From assembly GCA_052325545.1 (NCBI GenBank), contig JBKQUP010000028.1, positions 7,166 to 71,165 of the forward strand: a DNA stretch of 64,000 nucleotides, read 5' to 3'. Positions 56,285 through 64,000 of the stretch are shown here, piece by piece. A program made the position numbers and the translations under genes. Positions within the stretch are counted from its first letter, which is position 1, and each line of letters starts with the position of its first letter. The DNA comes from Thermoplasmata archaeon. Its GTDB lineage: Archaea > Thermoplasmatota > Thermoplasmata > Lutacidiplasmatales > UBA184. Below the pieces are notes generated by a model. That model was not told the origin of the DNA and did not search any database. It worked only from the letters and a program-made list of their open reading frames with translations.

Positions 56285-57566
56285 CCCGCCCTTCCCGGAG
56301 GGGGGCGTCGACGCCTACCTCTTTCCGGCCGTCGTCGGGGGCGGTCTCGGGGACATCGAGGAGGTCCTCGCCGCGGGACGTCGCCTCGCGGGCGCCGGCG
56401 TTCGCCTCGTCCTCTACCGCGAGGCGGGCCGCCCGTTGCCGTCGAACGTCGACGGCCCATGGGAGTGGCCTCCTATCGAGCGGCGGGGCCGGATCCGTCG
56501 TCGAGCGCGGGCGGCGATCACGGTGGCCCCCTCCTGGGGGGTGAGCGCCGGACCGAGCCGACCGGCCCGCTTCGGCCGTGGGGGTCCCTGGGAGGTCGAG
56601 GCCCGGAACGTCGAGGTGGCGTACGGGTCGGACCGGACGTTGCACGTGAGCTTGGAAGAGTTCGCCCGTACGCTCCCGAGCGGGGCCGAGACCCGGGAAC
56701 GTCTGCGCGAAGGGGGCGTTCCGGCACGGGCCATCGGGCCCCGCTACCGAGCGGCCGAGGCGGCGAACGAGGTCGAAGCGTTCCGGTCCGCGTTCCGGAC
56801 CTTTCGGGGGTTCGACCGGCCGAACGTCCTCCACCTCTTCGCGACGTTCCGCCCGGACCCGGCGTTCGCTCGCGAGTTCCCTGAGGCGGTCCAGACGGGG
56901 CCTCTCGGCTCGGGACATCGTGTCTCCGAAACCGTCCGACCGCGGAAGAGGGGACGTCGCGAGTGGGTCTGGTATGCGAGCCCTTCGAGCGCCGAGCGGC
57001 TCGCTCCCGAGCTCCTCCGAGGCCTCGCCGGGCTCCGCCCGCCCGTATCCCTCTACGTGCGGTCCCCTCGGCCCTGGCCGAGCGTCGCGGGGACGTCAGG
57101 GATACGGGTCGTCACGACCCCCGTCGCACCGAGGGCCTGGCGCTCCCGCTTCGGGAGCGCCGAGCTGCGGGTCGTCACCGGAAGCCGGACACTGATCGAG
57201 GCGATGGAGGTCGGCGGACCGTTCCTCTACTTCAACGGGGTCCTCGGACGGGGAGCGAGCCGCCGACGGCATCGCCCCGAAAAGATCCGTGCGTGGCTCG
57301 ACCTCGCACGCCGCGCGGGCGTATCGCGAGCCCTGCGAACCGACCTCGCGGAGTTCGCGCGGGGTCGACACGTCGCGGAGGTCGTCCGCCGGGCGGCCCG
57401 ACGGGAGGACGGATGGGCCCACTTCCCCGCGTCGCTCGGGCCGACCGGGTTCCCTGCCGCGCGCGCGGACGCGGGGCGGGTCCTCGTCTCCGTCGCCCGC
57501 GAGCTCGCGCGACCCGGTGCGCGGTCCTCCGAGATCGTGGCTTCCTGGCGTCGTTCGAATCCTTAA
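56244..57566 (+). CDS. Hypothetical protein, GT-B glycosyltransferase-like
   Basis: N-term AVVGGGLGDIEEVLAAGRRL and C-term LRVVTGSRTLIEAMEVGGPFLY resemble GT-B donor-binding motifs. Start uncertain. Confidence 0.55.
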   Translation: MPSRSGRSTGPSTDPPFPEGGVDAYLFPAVVGGGLGDIEEVLAAGRRLAGAGVRLVLYREAGRPLPSNVDGPWEWPPIERRGRIRRRARAAITVAPSWGVSAGPSRPARFGRGGPWEVEARNVEVAYGSDRTLHVSLEEFARTLPSGAETRERLREGGVPARAIGPRYRAAEAANEVEAFRSAFRTFRGFDRPNVLHLFATFRPDPAFAREFPEAVQTGPLGSGHRVSETVRPRKRGRREWVWYASPSSAERLAPELLRGLAGLRPPVSLYVRSPRPWPSVAGTSGIRVVTTPVAPRAWRSRFGSAELRVVTGSRTLIEAMEVGGPFLYFNGVLGRGASRRRHRPEKIRAWLDLARRAGVSRALRTDLAEFARGRHVAEVVRRAARREDGWAHFPASLGPTGFPAARADAGRVLVSVARELARPGARSSEIVASWRRSNP

Positions 57567-57594
57567 TCGGGAGCCTCCCCTCCTTCGGGATGCC

Positions 57595-58704
57595 ATGGCC
57601 CCCGACGAGGCGACTCCTCCCGCGGTCGCCCGCGCGCTTGTCTCGAGCGCGCTCGGCGTGCGACGGGCGGAGCATGTCGTCGTGGTCAGCTGGAACCACA
57701 CGCTCCCGTGGGCGGCCGCGTGCGTCACCGAGGCGCGTCGGGTCGGTGCCCGAGCGCTGCTCCTCCTCGAGGACGAAGCGGCGTTCTGGCGGAGCGTCGA
57801 GGGCTCTTCCTCGTCGCGCCGCTGGGCCGGACTGTCCGGGCCGGCTCGCGCCGCGCTCGAGCGGGCGGACGCCCTCGTCTACTTCCCCGGCCCGGCCGAC
57901 CGGCCGCGCCTCCACGCGCTACCCCCGACCCTCCTGGCCCCGTTCCTCGGAGCGGACGACGAGTGGCTCCTAGCGGCGAGGCGGGCTCGCCTGCGCGCGG
58001 TCCGCTGCCTCCTCGGGTACGCTTCGGACGCCCAGGCCGAGCACTGGGGGGTGCCGGGGGCGATGTGGCGGAGCCAGCTCATCCGCGGGATCACCGACGT
58101 CGATCTCGGCGGGCTCCAACGGGACGGTCGTCGCGCGGCGGGCCTCCTCCTCAAGGGTCGCGAGCTGCGGCTCACCGCGGCGAACGGTACCGACCTGAAG
58201 CTTCGCCTCCACGGACGGGTACCCTGGGTCGACGATGGGTTCGTCGACGCGGACGACCGGCGACGGGGCCGGGTCATGACCGCCGCTCCGGCGGGGTCGG
58301 TCGTGGTGGCGGTCGACGAGACGTCGGCCGAGGGGATGGTGGTCGCCAACCGTCCGAGCTTCCTCTCTCCCGGCCGGGTCGAGGGAGGCCAGTGGGAGGT
58401 CGAGGGCGGCAAGCTCCGCAATTACTGGTACACCGGGGGCGGGGAAGCGTTCGAGACCGAGTTCGCCCGGGCCCCTCGAGGCCGGGAGACCGTCGCGCTG
58501 TTCGCCCTCGGTCTCAACCCGGAGCTCGCGCCGGGCGTCCCGCAGGCCGAGGACGAGGAGGCCGGGACCGTCACGATCGCGGTCGGTGGCAACACGCTCT
58601 ACGGAGGGCGGAACCGGTGCCGATTCCTTTCGTGGGTCACCATCGGGGAGGCGACGGTCGCCGTTGACGGGGCGCCGCTCTGCGACCGTGGCAAGGTCCT
58701 CTAG
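57595..58704 (+). CDS. M29 (AmpS/PepS-like) aminopeptidase homolog lacking metal ligands
   Basis: Overall pattern (ALGVRRAEHVVVV, L.LTAANGTDL.L, GLNP..DEE.GTV.IA.G.N..YGG.N) is present but the Glu/His/Asp ligands are substituted. Confidence 0.7.
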   Translation: MAPDEATPPAVARALVSSALGVRRAEHVVVVSWNHTLPWAAACVTEARRVGARALLLLEDEAAFWRSVEGSSSSRRWAGLSGPARAALERADALVYFPGPADRPRLHALPPTLLAPFLGADDEWLLAARRARLRAVRCLLGYASDAQAEHWGVPGAMWRSQLIRGITDVDLGGLQRDGRRAAGLLLKGRELRLTAANGTDLKLRLHGRVPWVDDGFVDADDRRRGRVMTAAPAGSVVVAVDETSAEGMVVANRPSFLSPGRVEGGQWEVEGGKLRNYWYTGGGEAFETEFARAPRGRETVALFALGLNPELAPGVPQAEDEEAGTVTIAVGGNTLYGGRNRCRFLSWVTIGEATVAVDGAPLCDRGKVL

Positions 58705-59266
58705 GACGGGGACGGACCCGGGCCCGCGGGCGCGCCGGGCCTTCTTCGACCGGTCCGCGGCCCGGCTCGCGCGCGAGCTCCTAGGGGCGACCCTCACGGT
58801 CCGGTCGGGTCGGGTCGCCCGGTCGGTCCGCATCGTGGAGACCGAGGCGTACGTGCGCCACGACCCGGCCAGCCATGCGTTCCGGGGACCGACCCGACGC
58901 AACCGCTCGATGTTCTCCTCGCCCGGCACGCTCTACGTCTACCGGATCCACCAGGTCGTGTGCGCGAACCTCGTAGCGCGTCGCGGGGAAGCAGTGCTCG
59001 TGCGCGCGGGAGCGGCCGATGGCGCCGACCCCAAGAGCGCCTCGGGTCCGGGCCGTCTTTGCCGCTTTCTCGGCATCACCCGGGAGGACGACGGAATGGA
59101 CACGGTCGTCGGGGACCGGGTCGAGGTTCGCTTGGCGCGCGAGCGCCTGGGGCCGGTCCGAACGGGACCCCGGGTCGGGATCCGAAAGGCGGTGGACCGA
59201 CGGCTGCGGTTCGTGCTCGCAGACGAACCGGCCGTCTCGCGGCCTCGTTTCCGCCGGCCTACTTGA
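58688..59266 (+). CDS. mpg: DNA-3-methyladenine glycosylase (AAG/MPG family)
   Basis: FFDR.A..LARELLG, RIVETEAY..DPASHA.RG.T.RN..MF..PG.LYVY, AVLVRA, SGPGRLC, GPRVGI. Confidence 0.9.
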   Translation: MARSSRTGTDPGPRARRAFFDRSAARLARELLGATLTVRSGRVARSVRIVETEAYVRHDPASHAFRGPTRRNRSMFSSPGTLYVYRIHQVVCANLVARRGEAVLVRAGAADGADPKSASGPGRLCRFLGITREDDGMDTVVGDRVEVRLARERLGPVRTGPRVGIRKAVDRRLRFVLADEPAVSRPRFRRPT

Positions 59267-59420
59267 GCTTCTTCCAGTCGTAGCCGCGCCGTCGGGCCGT
59301 GTTCCCGAACCCGCAGGAGGAGCAGACGTTCTTCTGGCGGTGGTAGGAGTGGCGGCCGCAGCGACGGCAGATGATGTGGACGATCTTTCCTCCGCGGCGG
59401 GACGGTGTTCCTTTTCCCAT
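59259..59420 (-). CDS. rpl37e: 50S ribosomal protein L37e
   Basis: MGKGTPS..HIICRRCGRHSYH..CSSCGFG..R.Y.W. Confidence 0.95.
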   Translation of the reverse strand: MGKGTPSRRGGKIVHIICRRCGRHSYHRQKNVCSSCGFGNTARRRGYDWKKLK

Positions 59421-59431
59421 GGTTCCTCTCC

Positions 59432-59644
59432 TTAGGGCGAGATGTAGATGATCGAATCGCCGCGCACCAGCGTGAGGCCCGAGCGCGGCGTTACTTGGTC
59501 CTTCATGACCTCTTCGGCCGAAGAGAGGACCAGGTTCAGGTGCTGGTCGAACGCGTCGAGCGTTCCCCGGAACGAGCGTCCGCCCTTGAGCTCCACAAGC
59601 ACCCGCTTGTGCAGGCTTTGCTGCAGGGCATCGAGCGGCTTCAT
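59432..59644 (-). CDS. Sm-like archaeal protein (SmAP1), in the conserved Sm-L37e operon
   Basis: KPLDAL..VLVELKGGRSFRGTLDAFDQHLNLVL..VRGDSIIYISP. Confidence 0.95.
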   Translation of the reverse strand: MKPLDALQQSLHKRVLVELKGGRSFRGTLDAFDQHLNLVLSSAEEVMKDQVTPRSGLTLVRGDSIIYISP

Positions 59645-59676
59645 GGCGAGGGAGCGGAGCAGGCCGGGTGGGCTTC

Positions 59677-60399
59677 TTAACAGTTGGGGCCCCCGTTCTT
59701 CCGGCGCCCGTCCGGCGCCGGCAGGCGGAGGAGGGAGACGAGCGCGAGGGCGTCGGCCCGAGACGCCGGGGTCGGGTCTGCGGCCTCGACGAGCGCCCGA
59801 AGCGCCGGGACCAGGGCGAGCGGTTTCGAGCGCGCGCGCAGGGTCCGGAAACGGTCGGGCCGCGCGGCCGGGAACTCCTCCTCGAAGTACCGGCGCTCGA
59901 CCCCTCCGACCGCTTCGTGACGACGGAACAGGATGGATGGGTGGCGGTTCCGGTCGGCCCGGGCGCGCCGAGCGCGTTCGCTCGGGGTCGTCTCCAGGTA
60001 GACGGTGAGGTCCGGGAGCCCGAGGGCCCGTCTCCGGACCAGCGACCGCGCGCTCCGCTCGACCGTCCGCCCCACCGACGCCGGCGCGCGTCCAAGGTCG
60101 ACCAACCCCCGGGTGTACATCAGGGGTCCGAGAAACCCGGTGTCGGCGAGGACCGTACGACCTCGCGCGCACAGGCGACGGGCCTCTCGGTAGCGACGCG
60201 ACTCCTCAGCGAGGAGGGTCCCTTCGAGGAGAAGGAGCTCGCGGGGGGACCGGTACTCCAGCGACGGGGCGGGGTCGAGGCGGTCGAACGCCTCCTCGAG
60301 GGGTTGCCAGCCGAACTTCCGGGCCGCGGCGCGCACGAGGGTCGTCTTCCCGGCGGCGGACCGGCCTTCGACCGCGATCAATCGACCCCGCCGTGCCAT
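59677..60399 (-). CDS. Thymidylate/deoxynucleoside kinase-like P-loop protein
   Basis: LIAVEGRSAAGKTTLV, VLADTGF, PDLTVYLETTP. Confidence 0.75.
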   Translation of the reverse strand: MARRGRLIAVEGRSAAGKTTLVRAAARKFGWQPLEEAFDRLDPAPSLEYRSPRELLLLEGTLLAEESRRYREARRLCARGRTVLADTGFLGPLMYTRGLVDLGRAPASVGRTVERSARSLVRRRALGLPDLTVYLETTPSERARRARADRNRHPSILFRRHEAVGGVERRYFEEEFPAARPDRFRTLRARSKPLALVPALRALVEAADPTPASRADALALVSLLRLPAPDGRRKNGGPNC

Positions 60400-61786
60400 G
60401 GCCCTCCTCCGCGCCACTCCCTCGCCCACGGAAAACCGTGCCGTCGGCTCCACCGCTCCTTTTTCTCGCCTCGGCTCCTCCCCGGCGACGGTGTCCGACC
60501 CTTCCTCGCCCTCCCCGGCGCGGCCTCGTCAGCCGGCCCGGGTCCTAGAGTTGGAAACCCTCGCCGACGTCGCCCGCGAGCTGGAGCGGACCGAGAGCGA
60601 CCCCGAAGGCGTGGCGATCATGACACGGAAGGGGCGCATCTACCCGGTCCGTCTCGAGAACGTCTCGCTCAAGGCGGCCCCTCTTCTGAAACAGGAGACG
60701 CTGTCGGTGGGGGCGGACTCGGCCCACGCGCGGGGGATCGCCGACCACTCCGTCGCGACGACCTCGGCCGTCATCCTGGGCACGTGGGGCCAGTACCAGC
60801 GCCTCCTCCCGAAGCTTCGACGCCAGCCGTTCCGCCTCGCGGAAGCGGCCGAGGAGATCGACCGCGCGCTCCGGTCGTACGTCACCCGCTCGCCCCGTAC
60901 GATCCGCGGTCCCCACCGGTCGTTCGTGGTCGGGGACCGCCCCCGCGTCATGGGCGTGGTGAACGTGACCCCGGACTCGTTCTCGGACGGCGGCCTTCAC
61001 CGGGACGTGAAGGAAGCGGTCGCGCACGCGGAGTACCTGGTCGCCGAAGGCGCGGAGATGATCGACATCGGCGGCGAATCGACCCGGCCGGGGGCGACCC
61101 CGGTCACCCCGGAGGCCGAGTGGACCCGGATCGCGCCCGTCCTCGCGGGCCTCGCCGGCCGCCTCCCGGTACCGATCTCGGTCGACACCCGTCACTTCGA
61201 GGTCGCCGAGAAGGCGGTCGACGCGGGAGCGGACGTCGTCAACGACGTCGAGGGGCTCCGCTCGGAGGCGATGCGCCGCACGGTCGCGAAGAGCGGGGCG
61301 GCCGTGATCGCGATGCACATGCGCGGGACCCCCACGACCATGCAGACGGACCTGACCTACTCCGACCTTCGGGGGGAGGTCTTCTCCGCGCTCGCGGCGG
61401 CCACCGACCGCGCGGTCGCCGAGGGGATCGCGGCCGAGCGGATCCTCGTCGACCCCGGGCTTGGCTTCGGCAAGTCGGCGGAGCAGTCGCTCGAGCTCCT
61501 CTGGCACGTCGGCGAGATCCGGAGCCTCGGCTACCCGGTCGTTCTCGGAGCGTCCCGGAAATCGTTCCTCGGGTGGGTGCTCGGGACCGACGAGCCCGGC
61601 CGTCGGCTCGAGGCGGGGGTCGCCGCCGCCGTCGTCGCGGCCGAACGGGGGGTCGCGATCGTGCGCACCCACGACGTGGGACCCACGGTGCGCGCGCTCG
61701 CGCTCGTCCGGGCCGCGCAAGGGCTCGCGAACGCCTCCCCCCCGGTCTCCTCCGAGCTCACCGGGTCCGAGCCGGACGGGGTCTGA
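60398..61786 (+). CDS. folP: Dihydropteroate synthase with N-terminal extension
   Basis: VMGVVNVTPDSFSDGG, IDIGGESTRPGA, ISVDT, NDVEG, MHMRG, DPGLGFGK, GASRKSF, VRTHDV. Start may be TTG 60551. Confidence 0.93.
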   Translation: MALLRATPSPTENRAVGSTAPFSRLGSSPATVSDPSSPSPARPRQPARVLELETLADVARELERTESDPEGVAIMTRKGRIYPVRLENVSLKAAPLLKQETLSVGADSAHARGIADHSVATTSAVILGTWGQYQRLLPKLRRQPFRLAEAAEEIDRALRSYVTRSPRTIRGPHRSFVVGDRPRVMGVVNVTPDSFSDGGLHRDVKEAVAHAEYLVAEGAEMIDIGGESTRPGATPVTPEAEWTRIAPVLAGLAGRLPVPISVDTRHFEVAEKAVDAGADVVNDVEGLRSEAMRRTVAKSGAAVIAMHMRGTPTTMQTDLTYSDLRGEVFSALAAATDRAVAEGIAAERILVDPGLGFGKSAEQSLELLWHVGEIRSLGYPVVLGASRKSFLGWVLGTDEPGRRLEAGVAAAVVAAERGVAIVRTHDVGPTVRALALVRAAQGLANASPPVSSELTGSEPDGV

Positions 61787-61817
61787 GCTAACCGAACGCC
61801 ACCGGGTCGGACCGGGC

Positions 61818-62003
61818 CTAATCCTTAGCGACCGGGGTACCGTCCTCCACGACCTCGGTCTCGAAGACGAGCGACCCCTGGTAGTCGCACTTCTGGCAGT
61901 GGTACACCTGGCCGAGGATCGACCCCGCGATGAGGGAGACCCGCATCGAGCCGCACTTCGGGCAGAGGAGGACGGTCTTACCGCGCCTTGGCCGGTGACG
62001 CAT
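61818..62003 (-). CDS. Small zinc-ribbon protein
   Basis: LLCPKCGS..YHCQKCDYQG; overlaps the gyrA 3' end. Confidence 0.75.
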   Translation of the reverse strand: MRHRPRRGKTVLLCPKCGSMRVSLIAGSILGQVYHCQKCDYQGSLVFETEVVEDGTPVAKD

Positions 62004-64000
62004 CGTCGTCCTCCGTGTCATCGTCGGGGTCGTGGTCGTCCTTCCCCGGCTTCTTGTCGGAATCCTCGCTCTCGTCCTCGTCGTCCTCGCTCTGGTCCTC
62101 GTCGGCCGGGGGTTCGGGCGCCTCGCGGGCCGTCTTGGCCGGTCCGGGCTTCTCGCCGGACCCTTCGGCGACGAGCCCCTCGATGGGGGGCTCGAGGATG
62201 ACCGCGTCGCGCACCGTGTCGCCCTCGTCGAGCCGGATGACGCGGACGCCGAGGGTGTTGCGCGCCTGGGAGCGGATCCCCTTCACCGCCATCCGGATGG
62301 TGATCCCGTGCTGCGTCGTGACGAGCACCTCGCTCGCGTCGGTCGTCGGGAGGACGGCGACCACCGTGCCGTTCCGGCCGCCGGTCTTGATCGTCCGAAC
62401 TCCCTTCGCGCCGCGTCGGGTCCGGCGGTAGTTCGCGGTCGGGCTTCGCTTCCCGTAGCCGGTGGTCGTGAGCGAGAGCAGCATCGGGAACCGCTCGCTC
62501 ACCGGCGCCATCGCGACCACCCGGTCGTCCTTCCCTTCGGCGAGACGGACCCCGATGACCCCGTACGTCGCGCGGCCCATGGGGCGCAGCTCGGAGAGCA
62601 GGAACCGCACGAGCTGGCCGGCCTGGGTCGCGAGCACAAGCTCGGTGGTCTCGCCGGTCACGACGGAAACGTCGACGAGCTCGTCCCCGTCCTCGAGCAG
62701 GACCGCCTGGATCCCGTTCGTGCGGATGTTCTGGTACTGGTCGAGCGTCGTCCGCTTGACGAGCCCGCGGCGGCTCGCGAAGACGAGCGAGCCTTCGCTC
62801 GCCAGGTCCCGGAGCGGGAGCAGGGTCTGGACGCGCTCTCCCTCCTTGAGCTTCGGGAGGAGGTTGATGACCGCCTTCCCCTTCGAGTGGCGGCTTCCCT
62901 CGGGAAGCTCGTACGCCTTCAGCTGGTAGACCCGGCCCAGGTTCGTCAGGAACAGGACATCGCTGTGCGTCCGGGTGACGAAGGTGCGGATGACGAAGTC
63001 CTCCTCTTTCGTCTCCATCTGGATCAGCCCCCGTCCGCCCCGCCGCTGGCGCCGGTACTGGTCGAGCGGCAGGCGCTTCACGTAGCCGTCCCGGGTGACC
63101 AGGACGACCACGTCCGTGTCGGGGATCAGGTCCTCGAGCGTGCGCTCCGTGAACGCGGGCACGATCCGCGTGCGGCGGGGGTCGCCGAACCGTTTCTTGA
63201 GGTCGGCGAGCTCGTCGGCGACCAGCTGGTCGAGGAGCTTCGGGGAAGCGAGGATCGCTTTGAGGTGCTTCGCGAGCGCCTCCTTCTCGGCCTTCTCCTT
63301 CTCGACGGCCTCGCGCTCGAGCGCCGTGAGGCGGGCGAGACGCATGTCGAGGATCGCCTTCGCCTGCTCGCTCGAGAGCAGGAACTTTCCCATCAGGTTC
63401 GTCTCCGCGACCTGAACGTCCTTCGACCGTCGGATGATCCGGATCACCTCGTCGATGTGGTCGATCGCGGTGAGGAACCCTTCGAGGAGGTGGAGCCGCT
63501 CCTCGGTCTTCCGAAGGTCGAACTTCGTCCGCCGGGTGAGGATCCTCCGGCGGTGGTCCAGGTGCAGCGCGAGCAGCTCGAGGAGGGAGAGGACCTTGGG
63601 GTGTCCGTCGACGAGACAGAGGTTGATGACGCCGAAGCTCGTCTCGAGCGGAGTGTGCTCGTAGAGTCGGTTGAGGACGATCTCGGCCGGAGCGTCGCGG
63701 CGAAGCTCGAGCACGACGCTCGTCCCATGGCGGTCGGATTCGTCCCGGAGGTCGGTGATCCCGTCGATCCGCTTCCCCTTCACGAGGTCCGCGATCAGCT
63801 CGAGGAGGGCGGCCTTGTTCACCTCGTACGGGGTCTCGGTGATAACGATCTCGTCCTTGCCTCCGCGCTCCCGGATCTCCGCGGAGCCCCGCATGTGGAT
63901 CATGCCGCGCCCCGTCTCGTACGCCTCGCGGATCCCCTCGGTCGAAAGGTAGCCGCCCGTCGGGAAGTCCGGCCCGGGAACGACCTTCATCACGTCGTCC
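61978..64000 (-). CDS. gyrA: DNA gyrase subunit A (5' part outside the window)
   Basis: GPDFPTGG, ITETPYEVNK, LRDESDRHG, QAKAILDMRLARLT, GyrA-box QRRGGRG, six beta-pinwheel repeats, acidic tail. Confidence 0.95.
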   Translation of the reverse strand, partial: DDVMKVVPGPDFPTGGYLSTEGIREAYETGRGMIHMRGSAEIRERGGKDEIVITETPYEVNKAALLELIADLVKGKRIDGITDLRDESDRHGTSVVLELRRDAPAEIVLNRLYEHTPLETSFGVINLCLVDGHPKVLSLLELLALHLDHRRRILTRRTKFDLRKTEERLHLLEGFLTAIDHIDEVIRIIRRSKDVQVAETNLMGKFLLSSEQAKAILDMRLARLTALEREAVEKEKAEKEALAKHLKAILASPKLLDQLVADELADLKKRFGDPRRTRIVPAFTERTLEDLIPDTDVVVLVTRDGYVKRLPLDQYRRQRRGGRGLIQMETKEEDFVIRTFVTRTHSDVLFLTNLGRVYQLKAYELPEGSRHSKGKAVINLLPKLKEGERVQTLLPLRDLASEGSLVFASRRGLVKRTTLDQYQNIRTNGIQAVLLEDGDELVDVSVVTGETTELVLATQAGQLVRFLLSELRPMGRATYGVIGVRLAEGKDDRVVAMAPVSERFPMLLSLTTTGYGKRSPTANYRRTRRGAKGVRTIKTGGRNGTVVAVLPTTDASEVLVTTQHGITIRMAVKGIRSQARNTLGVRVIRLDEGDTVRDAVILEPPIEGLVAEGSGEKPGPAKTAREAPEPPADEDQSEDDEDESEDSDKKPGKDDHDPDDDTEDDDASPAKAR

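Noticed and set aside
57552-57566. GTTCGAATCC T-loop-like string
   Set aside because: No flanking T-stem or acceptor pairing; it lies in the last codons of a CDS.
60397-60400. Head-to-head genes sharing the CATG start palindrome (kinase and folP)
   Set aside because: The first ~50 codons of folP are low-complexity Pro/Ser; TTG 60551 is a more plausible start, leaving an ordinary divergent intergenic region.

Overview
The window appears to join two unrelated DNAs at ~8170-8176. Bases 1-8173 are moderate-GC and bacterial in style (Shine-Dalgarno starts, a hairpin terminator, an FNR-like box). They carry a stress/low-oxygen-type cluster: transaldolase, a general-stress membrane protein, a PRC-barrel protein, a HicA-like/release-factor-like fusion, a P-type H+-ATPase, a USP and a truncated oleate hydratase. 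Bases 8174-64000 are a GC-rich archaeal chromosome segment. PolD large subunit, A/V-type ATP synthase, Sm-L37e, PurP and GyrA together suggest Thermoplasmata, possibly a high-GC acid-soil lineage such as Ca. Lutacidiplasmatales (inference, not searched). Two ORFs on opposite strands are cut at the same point, so the junction is most likely a contig concatenation or chimera. Highlights on the archaeal side: a tRNA-Arg(TCG) with a 26-nt intron at the non-canonical T-loop position 59/60 in a strict bulge-helix-bulge; a toxin/Panacea-like pair at the junction; a PolB2 damage-tolerance cassette followed by an uncharacterised HEAT-GNAT-glycosyltransferase-pseudopeptidase-alkylpurine glycosylase run; an ATP synthase operon split into two convergent halves with an extra small membrane ORF; a small basic internally duplicated protein with a strong hairpin terminator; a structured nrdJ leader; and a DUF929-VKOR pair. 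No CRISPR array, rRNA, integrase or transposase was recognised. All family assignments come from motifs read by eye, not from database searches.
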